Shown here: positions 27,649 through 37,155 of the stretch, piece by piece
Layout: every line of letters starts with the position of its first letter
Position numbering within the stretch: the stretch's first letter is position 1
NCBI GenBank assembly: GCA_944354265.1
Contig: CALVPX010000052.1
Span: forward strand, 60,177-124,176
Origin: an uncultured Clostridia bacterium
Lineage (GTDB): Bacteria > Bacillota > Clostridia > Christensenellales > Borkfalkiaceae
DNA length: 64,000 nt
Direction of reading: 5' to 3'
Made by a program: the position numbers and the translations under genes
Notes under the pieces: generated by a model
What the model saw: only the letters and a program-made list of their open reading frames with translations
Databases searched by the model: none
Told to the model about the DNA's origin: nothing

Positions 27649-29172
27649 ATGAAAATTCTTGCAAAAAGTCCGCGCAGCGTCTGCGTGGAGCTTGACGGCC
27701 ATACACCATACTTTTCTGCCGAAAGATTTGTCGTCTTTCTGAATGATAAGAAAGTAAGGGAGGAAGACAGAAATGTATTCTCTCTCTTCGGTCTCGTACC
27801 CGATAGCGATTATACAATAACTGCTGACGGACAGTCTGTCAGTTTCAGAACGGACAGGGAAAGCGCGCTATTCAATGTCAGGCAATTTAATGCCTGCGGC
27901 GACGGTGAGCATGACGATACGGAGGCATTTGCCGCTGCAATAGCATGCCTGCCTGAAGGCGGTACGCTTTACGTTCCGAAAGGGACATATCTTCTCAAGC
28001 CCGTCTTTTTGAAGAGCAACATGACGCTCTACATCGAAGAGGGGGCAACCATTCTCGGCCGCACTGAGAGGGAAGTCTATCCCACGCTCCCCGGGCTTAT
28101 AGGTGATATCAACCTCGGCACATGGCAGGGCGAGGAGGTAACTTGTTTTGCCTCTCTCATTACGGCATATAATGCAAAAAATATAACAATCACCGGCGGG
28201 GGAAAGATTGACGGCAACGCCCCTCAGGGGGATTGGTATGTAAATCACCGCGTTATGCGCATAGCATGGCGCCCTCGCGGAATGTTTTTCAACCGCTGCG
28301 GCAATTTAAAAATATTCGGACTGACCGTCAAAGATACTCCGAGTTGGAATGTTCATCCCTATTTTTGCCGCGAAGTCGGGCTCTATGACCTCTGTCTATA
28401 TAACCCCTCGGGCATGCCCACCACCGACGGCATCGACCCGGATACATGCGACGGCGTAGAAATTGCCGGCGTAAAAATATCTGTGGGCGACGACTGCATT
28501 GCAATCAAGTCGGGCACTATCGAGCAGGCAAAAAAATATAAGTTGCCGTGCAGGAATATAACAATCAGAAATTGCTATATGCGCGACGGCCACGGTGGCG
28601 TTGTGCTCGGCAGTGAACTTTCAGGCGGCATAGAAAACGTCAATGTATCAAGGTGCATTTTTGAAGGCACGGACCGCGGTCTGCGCATAAAAACCCGACG
28701 CGGCCGCGGAAGAATAGGTATCACCGACGGCATTGAGTTCAGCGATATTATAATGAGGGGTGTTAAAGCTCCTTTTGTCGTCAATATGTATTATAACATG
28801 GGCGATCAGACAGGGCACACTGAATACGTTTATACCACTGAAAAACTTCCTGTCGATGAAAGAACGCCGTATGTAGGCAGATTTACTTTCAAGGACATGG
28901 TTTGTACCGATGTAGAGTACTGTGCAGGCGCATTCTATGGACTGCCTGAAGCGCCGATAGGTGGTGTTACTTTTGAAAACGTCAGTTTTTCATATAATGC
29001 CGATGCCGAGCCCGGTTATCCCGACATGAAGGAGATAAACAGCAAGGTCAAAAACGGGGGATTGTATTTTCAGTTCGTTGAAAAAGTTCATTTAAAAAAT
29101 ATTACGATTAAAAATCCGTGCGGCGATGCTGTCGTATTGGACGGCGTAGGGGAATTTGTTGAGGAAAAATAA
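27649..29172 (+). CDS. glycoside hydrolase family 28 (exo-polygalacturonase-like), no signal peptide
   Basis: GH28 catalytic motifs TTDGIDPD, GDDCIAIKSG, GHGGVV and GLRIKT, preceded by an N-terminal beta-sandwich-like domain. ATG at 27649 is preferred over the GTG at 27637. Confidence 0.85.
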   Translation: MKILAKSPRSVCVELDGHTPYFSAERFVVFLNDKKVREEDRNVFSLFGLVPDSDYTITADGQSVSFRTDRESALFNVRQFNACGDGEHDDTEAFAAAIACLPEGGTLYVPKGTYLLKPVFLKSNMTLYIEEGATILGRTEREVYPTLPGLIGDINLGTWQGEEVTCFASLITAYNAKNITITGGGKIDGNAPQGDWYVNHRVMRIAWRPRGMFFNRCGNLKIFGLTVKDTPSWNVHPYFCREVGLYDLCLYNPSGMPTTDGIDPDTCDGVEIAGVKISVGDDCIAIKSGTIEQAKKYKLPCRNITIRNCYMRDGHGGVVLGSELSGGIENVNVSRCIFEGTDRGLRIKTRRGRGRIGITDGIEFSDIIMRGVKAPFVVNMYYNMGDQTGHTEYVYTTEKLPVDERTPYVGRFTFKDMVCTDVEYCAGAFYGLPEAPIGGVTFENVSFSYNADAEPGYPDMKEINSKVKNGGLYFQFVEKVHLKNITIKNPCGDAVVLDGVGEFVEEK

Positions 29173-29190
29173 CAGGAGCATTAAATAAAT

Positions 29191-30342
29191 ATGTTGGCAC
29201 AAGACACTTTCTATGTTGGCGTAAACGATCATGAAACCGACCTCTTTGAGGGGCTGTATAAAATTCCCAACGGCGTTGCCTATAATTCTTATGTTATAGT
29301 TGATGATAAAATTGCCGTGATGGACGCTGTGGACGAGTACTTTGGCGATGAATGGCTTGCAAATATAAAAAAAGTTCTCGGGGAGAGAAAGCCCGACTAT
29401 TTAGTCATTCAGCACATGGAGCCTGACCACTCGGCAAATGCTCTGCGTTTTGCGCAAGAATATCCTGAAGTTAAAATAATCGGCAACACAAAAACTTTCG
29501 TCATGCTCAATGAGTATTTCGGAACGGAATTTGCCGACCGCAGAATTGTTGTGGGAGAGGGAGATGTTGTATCTCTCGGCAAGCACGACCTTCACTTTAT
29601 CTTTGCTCCAATGGTTCATTGGCCGGAGGTCATGGTCACATATGATGCATATACTAAAACTGTTTACTCGGCTGACGGCTTCGGTAAGTTCGGTGCGCTT
29701 GACGTCGATGAGTCTTGGGACGACGAGGCGAGGCGCTACTATATAGGTATTGTCGGCAAGTACGGCAAGCAGGTAGACGCCGCGCTCAAAAAGCTTTCTG
29801 CGCTCGAAATTGACCGCATTTGTCCGCTCCACGGCCCCGTGCTTGAAGGCGATTTATCACATTATCTTTCATTATACAATACATGGGCAAATTATGAACC
29901 TGAAACAGACGGCGTCATGATAGCCTATGCATCTGTTTATGGCCACACAAAAAAGGCGGCTGAACTGCTTGCGGAAGAGCTTAAAGCGGCGGGTTGCAAA
30001 GACATAATTTTTCATGATCTCGCGCGTGATGACCGCTCCGTCTGCGTCGCCGACGCGTTCAGATATTCAAAGCTCGTAATTGCCGGCATAACTTATAACG
30101 CCAATTTGTTCCCGCCCGTGCGTGAGTTTATTGAAAACCTCACCGAGCGCAATTATCAGAATAGGACGGTCGCATTTATTGAAAACGGAACATGGGCGCC
30201 CGTTGCGGCAAGACTTATGCTTGAAAAATTCGGAAAGAGCAACCTGACTTATGCGCAGACGGTCGTTAAGGTCAGATCTGCTCTCAATGATGAAAGCCGC
30301 GCGCAGGTTAAAAGCCTTGCGCAGGAATTGGTTTCGCAATAA
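29191..30342 (+). CDS. FprA-family flavodiiron protein (metallo-beta-lactamase-like domain plus flavodoxin-like domain)
   Basis: HMEPDHS di-iron motif, then a C-terminal flavodoxin-like domain (MIAYASVYGHTKKAAELLAEEL). Confidence 0.85.
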   Translation: MLAQDTFYVGVNDHETDLFEGLYKIPNGVAYNSYVIVDDKIAVMDAVDEYFGDEWLANIKKVLGERKPDYLVIQHMEPDHSANALRFAQEYPEVKIIGNTKTFVMLNEYFGTEFADRRIVVGEGDVVSLGKHDLHFIFAPMVHWPEVMVTYDAYTKTVYSADGFGKFGALDVDESWDDEARRYYIGIVGKYGKQVDAALKKLSALEIDRICPLHGPVLEGDLSHYLSLYNTWANYEPETDGVMIAYASVYGHTKKAAELLAEELKAAGCKDIIFHDLARDDRSVCVADAFRYSKLVIAGITYNANLFPPVREFIENLTERNYQNRTVAFIENGTWAPVAARLMLEKFGKSNLTYAQTVVKVRSALNDESRAQVKSLAQELVSQ

Positions 30343-30363
30343 ATAAAAGGAGAATATAAACTC

Positions 30364-31002
30364 ATGAAAAAACTTAAAGAGCTGTGGGGTGAATTCAAAA
30401 AATTCATTTCGCGCGGCAATGTCGTCGATATGGCTGTCGGCGTCATCATTGCAAGCGCATTTACCGCAATCGTTAATGCCGTAACTAAGGGCATACTTAT
30501 GCCTCTCGTCAATTGGGCCGTAACGGCTGCAACGGGCGGTCAGGGGCTTGAAGGCCTGCGCACCGTCCTCGGTACGCCTGCATATACAATCGACGAGGTT
30601 ACGGGTGCGCAAATAATCGATTGGGCAAGCACAAATTACATCGATTGGGGCAACCTCATAAATGCTATAGTCGATTTCATTCTTATTGCTGTCATCCTGT
30701 TTACCATCTTAAGAATATTTGTTGCGCTGCATAAGGTTTCAGACGGCATCACCGGCGACGAGGCTAAGAAGAAGCGCAAGTTGATAATGAGCTACAAGAA
30801 GAACGGCATGAATTTAAGCGAGGCTACCGCCAAAGCTGAAGAGACGCTTGCAGCAGAAAAGAAGGCGGAAGAGGAAAAGAAGGTCGCCGAAGAAGCTGCG
30901 GCTGCCGCAAAACCTACAACCGAGCAATTGCTCGTTGAAATCAGAGACTTACTCGCTGCGCAAAACTCCGCATCAAAGTCAGATACTGACAAAGCTGAAT
31001 AA
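30364..31002 (+). CDS. mscL: large-conductance mechanosensitive channel, extended variant
   Basis: N-terminal FKKFISRGNVVDMAVGVIIASAFTAIVNA is the canonical MscL TM1. The protein is 212 aa, with an enlarged outer loop and a K/E/A-rich C-terminal tail. Confidence 0.85.
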   Translation: MKKLKELWGEFKKFISRGNVVDMAVGVIIASAFTAIVNAVTKGILMPLVNWAVTAATGGQGLEGLRTVLGTPAYTIDEVTGAQIIDWASTNYIDWGNLINAIVDFILIAVILFTILRIFVALHKVSDGITGDEAKKKRKLIMSYKKNGMNLSEATAKAEETLAAEKKAEEEKKVAEEAAAAAKPTTEQLLVEIRDLLAAQNSASKSDTDKAE

Positions 31003-31005
31003 TAA

Positions 31006-31030
31006 AAAGCCGCCCATAGAGGCGGCTTTT
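31006..31030 (+). terminator. rho-independent terminator after mscL
   Basis: AAAAGCCGCC-CATAGA-GGCGGCTTTT. Confidence 0.85.
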
Positions 31031-31049
31031 ATAGTGTGGGGAGAACGTT

Positions 31050-31955
31050 ATGAAAATATTGATAACAGGCGGCACGGTTTTCGTAAGTAAAAGTTTTGCG
31101 CAGTACTTTGTCAGTCATAATTGTGAAGTTTATGTTCTGAACCGCAATACGCGTCCTCAGGTTGAGGGCGTTCATTTGATCGAGTGCGACAGAAGAGCTG
31201 TAGGTGATAAATTAAAAGATAAATTTTTCGATGCTGTTATCGATGTAAATGCTTATACGGCAGAGGATGTCAATGCCTTGCTCGACAGCGTGGGCGGATT
31301 CGGGCAATATATTCTTATAAGCTCGAGCGCGGTATATCCCCAAACATTGCAACAGCCTTTTAAGGAAAGTGACGAGTGCGGCGCAAATATTTTTTGGGGG
31401 AATTATGGCCTCAATAAAATAGCGGCGGAAAGTGCGCTTGCAGAGCGTGTCTCCGAAGCCTATATAATTCGTCCGCCCTATCTTTACGGTGAGTTCAACA
31501 ACGTCTACAGGGAAGCGTTTGTGTTTGATTGCGCGCAAAGGGACAGAGTATTTTATCTCCCCGGCGAAGGGCAAATGCCTTTACAGTTTTTTTATATAGG
31601 CGATCTGTGCAGATATGTCGATATAATTTTAAAGGTCAGACCGCGCCAAAAAATATTCAATGTCGGAAATGCTCCCGTCACGGTGCGCGAGTGGGTAACA
31701 GCCTGTTATGCTGCTGTCGGCAAAGAGGTAAAATTTTTTAACGTCAGCGAAATTTACGAACAGCGCAGTTATTTCCCTTTTTACAATTATGGCTACGTTC
31801 TCGATACAACTCTTCAAAATTCAATTATGCCGTCTTTAACGCCTCTCGCCGAAGGTCTGCGCCGCGCGTACGAATGGTACAGATGCAACCGCGGTGACGT
31901 AAAACCCAAAGATTATATCAAATTTATCGATGAGAATTTAAAGGGGCGAGTATAA
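31050..31955 (+). CDS. NAD-dependent epimerase/dehydratase family protein
   Basis: N-terminal ILITGGTVFVS Rossmann motif, an SSSAVY region and YxxxK-like GLNKIAAE. Length is 301 aa. Confidence 0.8.
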   Translation: MKILITGGTVFVSKSFAQYFVSHNCEVYVLNRNTRPQVEGVHLIECDRRAVGDKLKDKFFDAVIDVNAYTAEDVNALLDSVGGFGQYILISSSAVYPQTLQQPFKESDECGANIFWGNYGLNKIAAESALAERVSEAYIIRPPYLYGEFNNVYREAFVFDCAQRDRVFYLPGEGQMPLQFFYIGDLCRYVDIILKVRPRQKIFNVGNAPVTVREWVTACYAAVGKEVKFFNVSEIYEQRSYFPFYNYGYVLDTTLQNSIMPSLTPLAEGLRRAYEWYRCNRGDVKPKDYIKFIDENLKGRV

Positions 31956-32019
31956 TCCGCAATTGGTTGGTCCTCTTCGGTAACAGGTAATACAATTCCC
32001 GCATTGGTTGTTGCCTCTC

Positions 32020-32144
32020 AGGCAACGCAAGGATAACGTTGCCTTCGGTCATCGTTCGCACCTACTGTTGTGCTCACTCATCTCGTGCGGCAAAACAGCG
32101 GGTCGCCGCTGTTTTGATAACTCCGCACTCGTCCCACGATTCCC
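32020..32144. ncRNA. unclassified structured-RNA-like element, copy B (homolog of 15512-15635); strand unresolved
   Basis: Same block order and spacing as copy A. Helices AGGCAACG/CGTTGCCT, GCAC/GTGC, TGCGG/CCGCA and CAAAACAGCGG/CCGCTGTTTTG. Confidence 0.5.
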
Positions 32145-32161
32145 GCATTGTGACTATAAAA

Positions 32162-32197
32162 ACATAAACAGCCCTGCATTTGCAGGGCTGTTTATGT
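32162..32197. terminator. terminator hairpin immediately 3-prime of tRNA-Arg (usable on both strands)
   Basis: 17-nt arms ACATAAACAGCCCTGCA/TGCAGGGCTGTTTATGT. The minus strand has a T-rich tail (TTTTTATAG) and the plus strand has TT. Confidence 0.75.
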
Positions 32198-32198
32198 T

Positions 32199-32273
32199 TG
32201 GTACTCCCGGCGGGAATCGAACCCACAACGGCCCCTTAGGAGGGGGCTGTTATATCCATTTAACTACGGAAGC
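32199..32273 (-). tRNA. tRNA-Arg (anticodon CCT), CCA encoded
   Basis: Manual cloverleaf: acceptor GCTTCCG/CGGGAGT (two G-U pairs), D arm GTTA-AATGGATA-TAAC, anticodon stem GCCCC/GGGGC with loop CTCCTAA, T arm GTGGG-TTCGATT-CCCGC, discriminator A and CCA. Confidence 0.85.
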
Positions 32274-32348
32274 AAAAATTTACCTTAATATAATACAACA
32301 ACTAATAAAAAAAATCAATAATTTTAATGCTTAAAAGTATAAATTTAT

Positions 32349-32380
32349 ATTGCCGCCCGACAAATTTGTCGGGCGGCAAT
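32349..32380 (-). terminator. terminator after the pot operon
   Basis: ATTGCCGCCCGAC-AAATTT-GTCGGGCGGCAAT hairpin, 4 nt beyond the potD-like stop. Confidence 0.75.
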
Positions 32381-32384
32381 AAGT

Positions 32385-34040
32385 TTATGCTTCTATTTTT
32401 TTGTAACCTTTGCGGGGCTTGTATTTCTTAATGAATATTCTGTAGCGGAAGTGGTAGAGCACTATGGCTAAAATTATTACGACAACCACTGCTGCAACTA
32501 TGCCGACTATAACGGGATTATAATCGAGCAGGTCAAGGCAGCGGACGTGTATCCACATCTGATTTATATCGGTCAGTTTATCGCCGAAGTCTAGCATTAC
32601 AACGCTGCGGTCGATTATGTTAGCTGTGGGGTACTGTCCGAACAGTTGCCTGCCGCGGTTTATCTCCCCGCCGCGGTATACGGTGTATTCGATGTCGTTG
32701 CCGTACTCTTCTTCGCCAAGCATCTCACTGCTTACTTCCAATGTGTCGCCGTCAAGTTCAAGTACCGACGCGTCTACATACAGCGAATAGCCGTCGCCGA
32801 AGAAGTAGCTTAAATCGTACTCGTAAACCTCGGTCAGTTCCTCGTCGAAATATTCTTCGTCCGAAGGGTCGAACACAAAGCCATAGTTCCAATCCATGTA
32901 ATCAAACACAAGGTCGCTCGCGATGGAGGAGGTGTAGCCGATATAGTACATATTCCTCACGGCGTTGTCGGGGCGGGAGAGGAAGTTGACAAAAGCCTCT
33001 GCGGCCTCTTTGCGTTGTTCGTCTCCGTCGATGCCGTCCTTGAGCATTACCCAACCGTCAAACCAAAGGTTTGTACATTCTTCAGGTACAGAATACCAAA
33101 GTTCAGTGGGGTTCGATTCGTCGCCGTCCGCTTCGTCCATTATATATACTGCGTCGCCCGACCACTGATAGTTGGCAAGCACTTTGCCCGTCACCATGTC
33201 GGCCTTGCCGCTGTCCGTTTCAAAGGAATAGACATTTTCCTTTATTTCCTTGAGCATGTCCTCGGCGGCGGCGATTGTTTCGTCCGATGTGTCGTTCAAA
33301 AGTGCGCTGCGTTCATCTGCGGTGGCGTCTCCATAGCCGATATCAAGCAGCTCTTCGCCATGAATTATGCCGAGAGTGGCAAAATATGCGTCGCGAACAT
33401 TGTCTTTTATGGTAACCTGACGTTTATAGTCGGCGTCCCTCAGGATATTCCATGTAGAAACGGCTTCTTCGTCCACAAGGTCGGGATTATAAACTATGCC
33501 CGTCGTGCCCCACATGTAACATGCGGCATATTGGCTCCAGCCGTAGTCGTCAAAAATTCCCGTAATATAATCTGACGCGTTGTTCACATAATAATTATGC
33601 TCGTTGTCCTCGTCGAAGAACTCATCGGAAAAAGGTTCCACCTCATCCTCGGCGAGCAGCTTCATTATCATGTAATCGGAAGGGCAAACGAGGTCGTAGA
33701 TGTCGCCAAGCGAAAGACGGTTGTAGAGGTCCTCGTTCGTGCCGAATGTCGAATATTCAACCTCGATTTCATAGTCGTGGTTTGCATTGAACCATTCAAC
33801 AAAGTCGTCCACCATCGAGTTTTCACCGAAAACCCCGTCCTCGGGATCTTCTGCGTATTCGTTCTCAATGTCAATCAGCTCATCCTCGCCCCAATCGCCG
33901 AGGTCGATGTATTCCTCCCAATTTGCCACGCGCAGCGTTACAACGTCGTTTTCAGTGGAGCAGCCGAACAGGGAGAATGTGGAGCATGCCGCAATTGAAA
34001 GCGCGGCGGTTATGCACAGCGTTCTTTTAAATCTTTGCAT
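32385..34040 (-). CDS. potD: polyamine (spermidine/putrescine) ABC transporter substrate-binding lipoprotein, enlarged, with extra C-terminal TM anchor
   Basis: Lipobox LFGC after a signal peptide and a PotD-like core (NWEEYID..., MWGTTGIVYNPD). It has acidic insertions and ends in a hydrophobic helix VIVGIVAAVVVVIILAIVLY plus a basic tail. Length is 551 aa. Confidence 0.75.
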   Translation of the reverse strand: MQRFKRTLCITAALSIAACSTFSLFGCSTENDVVTLRVANWEEYIDLGDWGEDELIDIENEYAEDPEDGVFGENSMVDDFVEWFNANHDYEIEVEYSTFGTNEDLYNRLSLGDIYDLVCPSDYMIMKLLAEDEVEPFSDEFFDEDNEHNYYVNNASDYITGIFDDYGWSQYAACYMWGTTGIVYNPDLVDEEAVSTWNILRDADYKRQVTIKDNVRDAYFATLGIIHGEELLDIGYGDATADERSALLNDTSDETIAAAEDMLKEIKENVYSFETDSGKADMVTGKVLANYQWSGDAVYIMDEADGDESNPTELWYSVPEECTNLWFDGWVMLKDGIDGDEQRKEAAEAFVNFLSRPDNAVRNMYYIGYTSSIASDLVFDYMDWNYGFVFDPSDEEYFDEELTEVYEYDLSYFFGDGYSLYVDASVLELDGDTLEVSSEMLGEEEYGNDIEYTVYRGGEINRGRQLFGQYPTANIIDRSVVMLDFGDKLTDINQMWIHVRCLDLLDYNPVIVGIVAAVVVVIILAIVLYHFRYRIFIKKYKPRKGYKKIEA

Positions 34041-34836
34041 TGTTTACCTCCGCTTTCTTTTTTGAGGAAGTCACGTTCATTATAATTACGACAACGACTA
34101 CGATGAGGAAGATGAGGGTGGAGAGAGCCCAAAGAGCTGTCTTAATTTCAGTCTGTCCGCCCTTAGTCGCATTTACGACGTATGTGCTTATCGTGTCGAA
34201 TGTGGAAGGTTTTGTATAGGTGGTGATGAAGTAATCGTCGAGCGACAGCGTTATGGCAAGCATAAATCCCGAAAGTATTCCGGGAACGAGCTGAGGAAGG
34301 ACTACTTTGAAGAGCGCCTGCGCGGGGGTGGCGCCGAGGTCGAGCGCGGCTTCGTACAGATTGTTGTCCATTTGCTTGAGCTTAGGCATTACGGAGAGAT
34401 ATACGAAAGGAGCGCACAGAACAACGTGTCCCACGCCGAGGGGAACGAAGGTGTCCTTGTTTACGCCGAGCAGAACGATGAGCAGCACGCATATCGAAAA
34501 GCCTGTAACGATGTCGGCGTTTACCACGGGAATCTGATTGGCTGAGTTTAAAAGGCTCTTGCCGAGTTTTTTGGAGTAGAACCCGCCGATCGCGCCGAGC
34601 GTTCCGAGTATGGTAGCAATGGTGGCGGATACAAGAGCGAGCGCGATTGTGCCGAGTATCATGTCGCGCAGTTCCTCGTTGGCGAAAAGATTTATATAAT
34701 TTTCAAAGGAAAATGCGTTTATTCCCGAGCCCACTATCGTCGCGTCGGTAAATGAGTACACGGCGAGCATGAGGATGGGGATGTATATGAAACATAGTAC
34801 TATGCAAAGCCATAAAATTGGTGCTATTTTTTTCAT
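34027..34836 (-). CDS. potC: polyamine ABC transporter permease
   Basis: 6-TM MetI-like permease with the EAA loop EAALDLGATPAQALFKVVLP. Confidence 0.85.
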   Translation of the reverse strand: MKKIAPILWLCIVLCFIYIPILMLAVYSFTDATIVGSGINAFSFENYINLFANEELRDMILGTIALALVSATIATILGTLGAIGGFYSKKLGKSLLNSANQIPVVNADIVTGFSICVLLIVLLGVNKDTFVPLGVGHVVLCAPFVYLSVMPKLKQMDNNLYEAALDLGATPAQALFKVVLPQLVPGILSGFMLAITLSLDDYFITTYTKPSTFDTISTYVVNATKGGQTEIKTALWALSTLIFLIVVVVVIIMNVTSSKKKAEVNNAKI

Positions 34837-35630
34837 AATATTACCTCCCTGCCGCCGTTGTCGTCCTTATCGCTGAAGCGGTTGGTCACCAACGTCACAA
34901 TAAATATTATTACGAGCAATATGAGTGAAATCATTGAACCGTTATTCCAATCGTATGCGTTGAAGTAGCTGCCGATGAGACTGCCCATAATGTAAGTTGA
35001 GTTATACAGCATATCGAGAACTACATAGTTTGTCATTGAGGGGAGAAGCACCATCGTTATGCCGGAGATTATTCCGGGAACCGAAAGGGGAAGAGTCACC
35101 CTCAGAAATACTCTGATTTTGCTTGCGCCAAGATCCTGAGCTGCTTCCATAAGACTCTTATCAAGTTTTAAAAGCGAGGTGTAGAGGGGCAAAATCATGA
35201 AGGGCAAAAAGTCGTACGTCATGCCTATTACAGAGTTTAGGAAGGGGTACGCCGCAATGTTGCCCTCTATGACCGTCAGAATTTCTTTTAATGCGGTTAT
35301 GCGCAGTGTGAAGTTTATCCACATGGGCATGATAAACAGAAGTAAAAGCACATACTTCTTTTTAAATCCCGAACGGGCGAGAATGTATGCGGTGGGATAG
35401 GCGATGAGCAGACACACCAACGTAGTCGTTATTGCCAAGGCAAAGCTGTAAATAAGGGTGCCTATCGTATTTGTGCTCGAAAAGAAGGACACAAGGTTAT
35501 CGAAGGTGAACTGACCCTCGCCGTTCGTGAATGCGTAATAAATTATGACTAGCAGCGGCACGATTACAAAGAGAATCAAAAACGCCGCATACGGTATGCA
35601 AAGTTGTTTTCTGTTAAAGCGTAGTTTCAT
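34833..35630 (-). CDS. potB: polyamine ABC transporter permease
   Basis: 6-TM permease with the EAA loop EAAQDLGASKIRVFLRVTLP. Confidence 0.85.
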   Translation of the reverse strand: MKLRFNRKQLCIPYAAFLILFVIVPLLVIIYYAFTNGEGQFTFDNLVSFFSSTNTIGTLIYSFALAITTTLVCLLIAYPTAYILARSGFKKKYVLLLLFIMPMWINFTLRITALKEILTVIEGNIAAYPFLNSVIGMTYDFLPFMILPLYTSLLKLDKSLMEAAQDLGASKIRVFLRVTLPLSVPGIISGITMVLLPSMTNYVVLDMLYNSTYIMGSLIGSYFNAYDWNNGSMISLILLVIIFIVTLVTNRFSDKDDNGGREVIL

Positions 35631-35631
35631 C

Positions 35632-37140
35632 TCAGTTGTTCTCCGCGGTAGGTTTAAGGGTTATTTTAATCTTTTCCTTGGGAATTATTAAGCTGACAAA
35701 GTCGTCCGTGTTCCACATGTCGGGGCAGGACAAAACGTAATCTTCCTCGTTTTCCTCCGTCCTGACAATATAGCGGTAGTGGTCGCCCTTGTAAATCATG
35801 GATATGATGGTGCCCTTTGCGCCGCCTTCGTCTTCGTCGTCGCTCATGGTAATGTCGTGGGTGTCCACTTCAACGTTGACTTCCGTGCCCGTAAGGTCGA
35901 GTTTTTCGCCCTCTGCGGTTATGAGGTAGCCTTCCTCGTCGAGGTGTGAACCGGGGTAGAGGGTGGTCACGTCGCACTCAAATTCGCCGTCGCCGAATTC
36001 AACTGTATTGTTCTTGGTTATTACGCCCTCGAAGCGGTTGATGGTGTAAACGGGCTTCATCAGGTGAATTCCGTCGGGCTCGATCTTCATGCCTATCACG
36101 GCGCCGGGCTCGGCGTATGCGGTCGACTGAATAACTATTTCAAATCTGCCCACTTCAACGGTAATTTCGTAATGCACGCCCTTGAATACGGTGGAGATTA
36201 CTTTGCCCTTGAGCTGTCCTTCGCCGGGTTTGCATATTATTATGTCTTCGGGGCGCACTACTACGTCGACGAGTTGGTTGAGCTCGAAGTCGTCAACGCA
36301 ATCGAACGTCGTTCCGCAGAACCTTACCTTATACTTGCCGACGACGGCGCCGTTGAATATGTTGCTCTCGCCAATGAAGTCGGCGACGAATGTGTTTACG
36401 GGCTCGTTGTAAATTTCGGTGGGGGTGCCGATCTGCTGAATGTCGCCGTCATTTATTACGACAATTTTATCAGACATTGTCAAAGCTTCTTCCTGATCGT
36501 GCGTTACATATATAAATGTAATGCCAAGGCGGCGGTGCATGTTCTTAAGCTCAATCTGCATTTCTTTGCGCATTTTGAGGTCGAGTGCGCCGAGGGGCTC
36601 GTCCAACAGCAGAATTTCGGGTTCGTTGACGATGGCGCGCGCTATGGCGACTCTCTGCTGCTGTCCGCCGGAAAGGGTATCCACGCCCCTCTTTTCAAAG
36701 CCTTCAAGGTCAACCATTTCGAGAGCCTTTTTAACTTTGCGGTCGATCTCCTTCTTCGTCAGGCGTTCCCTCTTTGTATACGTATCGCCGGCATCGTTTT
36801 TGTAAGTGTTTTCCACTCTCTTAAGTCTGAGGCCGAAAGCTATGTTTTCGTACACGTTCAAATGGGGGAAGAGGGCGTATTTTTGGAATACGGTGTTTAC
36901 GGGTCTCTTGTTGGGGGGAAGGTTGGAAATATCTTCACCGTTCAAGAGAATCTTGCCCGATGTCGGCAGGTCGAAGCCGGCAATCATGCGCAGGGTGGTC
37001 GTCTTGCCGCAGCCGGACGGGCCGAGGAAAGTGACGAATTCACCTTTTTTGATCTGCAGGTTGAAGTTGTCGACGGCTATAGTTTCGTCGTCGAACACTT
37101 TCCTTACGTCGATAAGCTCGATAATGTTCTGATTTGTCAT
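35632..37140 (-). CDS. potA: polyamine ABC transporter ATP-binding protein, elongated C-terminus
   Basis: Walker [10 protein letters not shown], signature [14 protein letters not shown] and Walker [12 protein letters not shown]. An insertion of about 25 aa follows the Q-loop. Two successive TOBE-like beta domains bring the length to 502 aa. Confidence 0.88.
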   Translation of the reverse strand: MTNQNIIELIDVRKVFDDETIAVDNFNLQIKKGEFVTFLGPSGCGKTTTLRMIAGFDLPTSGKILLNGEDISNLPPNKRPVNTVFQKYALFPHLNVYENIAFGLRLKRVENTYKNDAGDTYTKRERLTKKEIDRKVKKALEMVDLEGFEKRGVDTLSGGQQQRVAIARAIVNEPEILLLDEPLGALDLKMRKEMQIELKNMHRRLGITFIYVTHDQEEALTMSDKIVVINDGDIQQIGTPTEIYNEPVNTFVADFIGESNIFNGAVVGKYKVRFCGTTFDCVDDFELNQLVDVVVRPEDIIICKPGEGQLKGKVISTVFKGVHYEITVEVGRFEIVIQSTAYAEPGAVIGMKIEPDGIHLMKPVYTINRFEGVITKNNTVEFGDGEFECDVTTLYPGSHLDEEGYLITAEGEKLDLTGTEVNVEVDTHDITMSDDEDEGGAKGTIISMIYKGDHYRYIVRTEENEEDYVLSCPDMWNTDDFVSLIIPKEKIKITLKPTAENN

Positions 37141-37155
37141 AGCTTTTTTCTCTCC

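Noticed and set aside
31951-31956. TATAAT just upstream of element B as a possible promoter for a plus-strand RNA.
   Set aside because: It overlaps the stop codon of the epimerase gene, and no acceptable -35 box sits at 16-18 nt spacing. It cannot be distinguished from chance.
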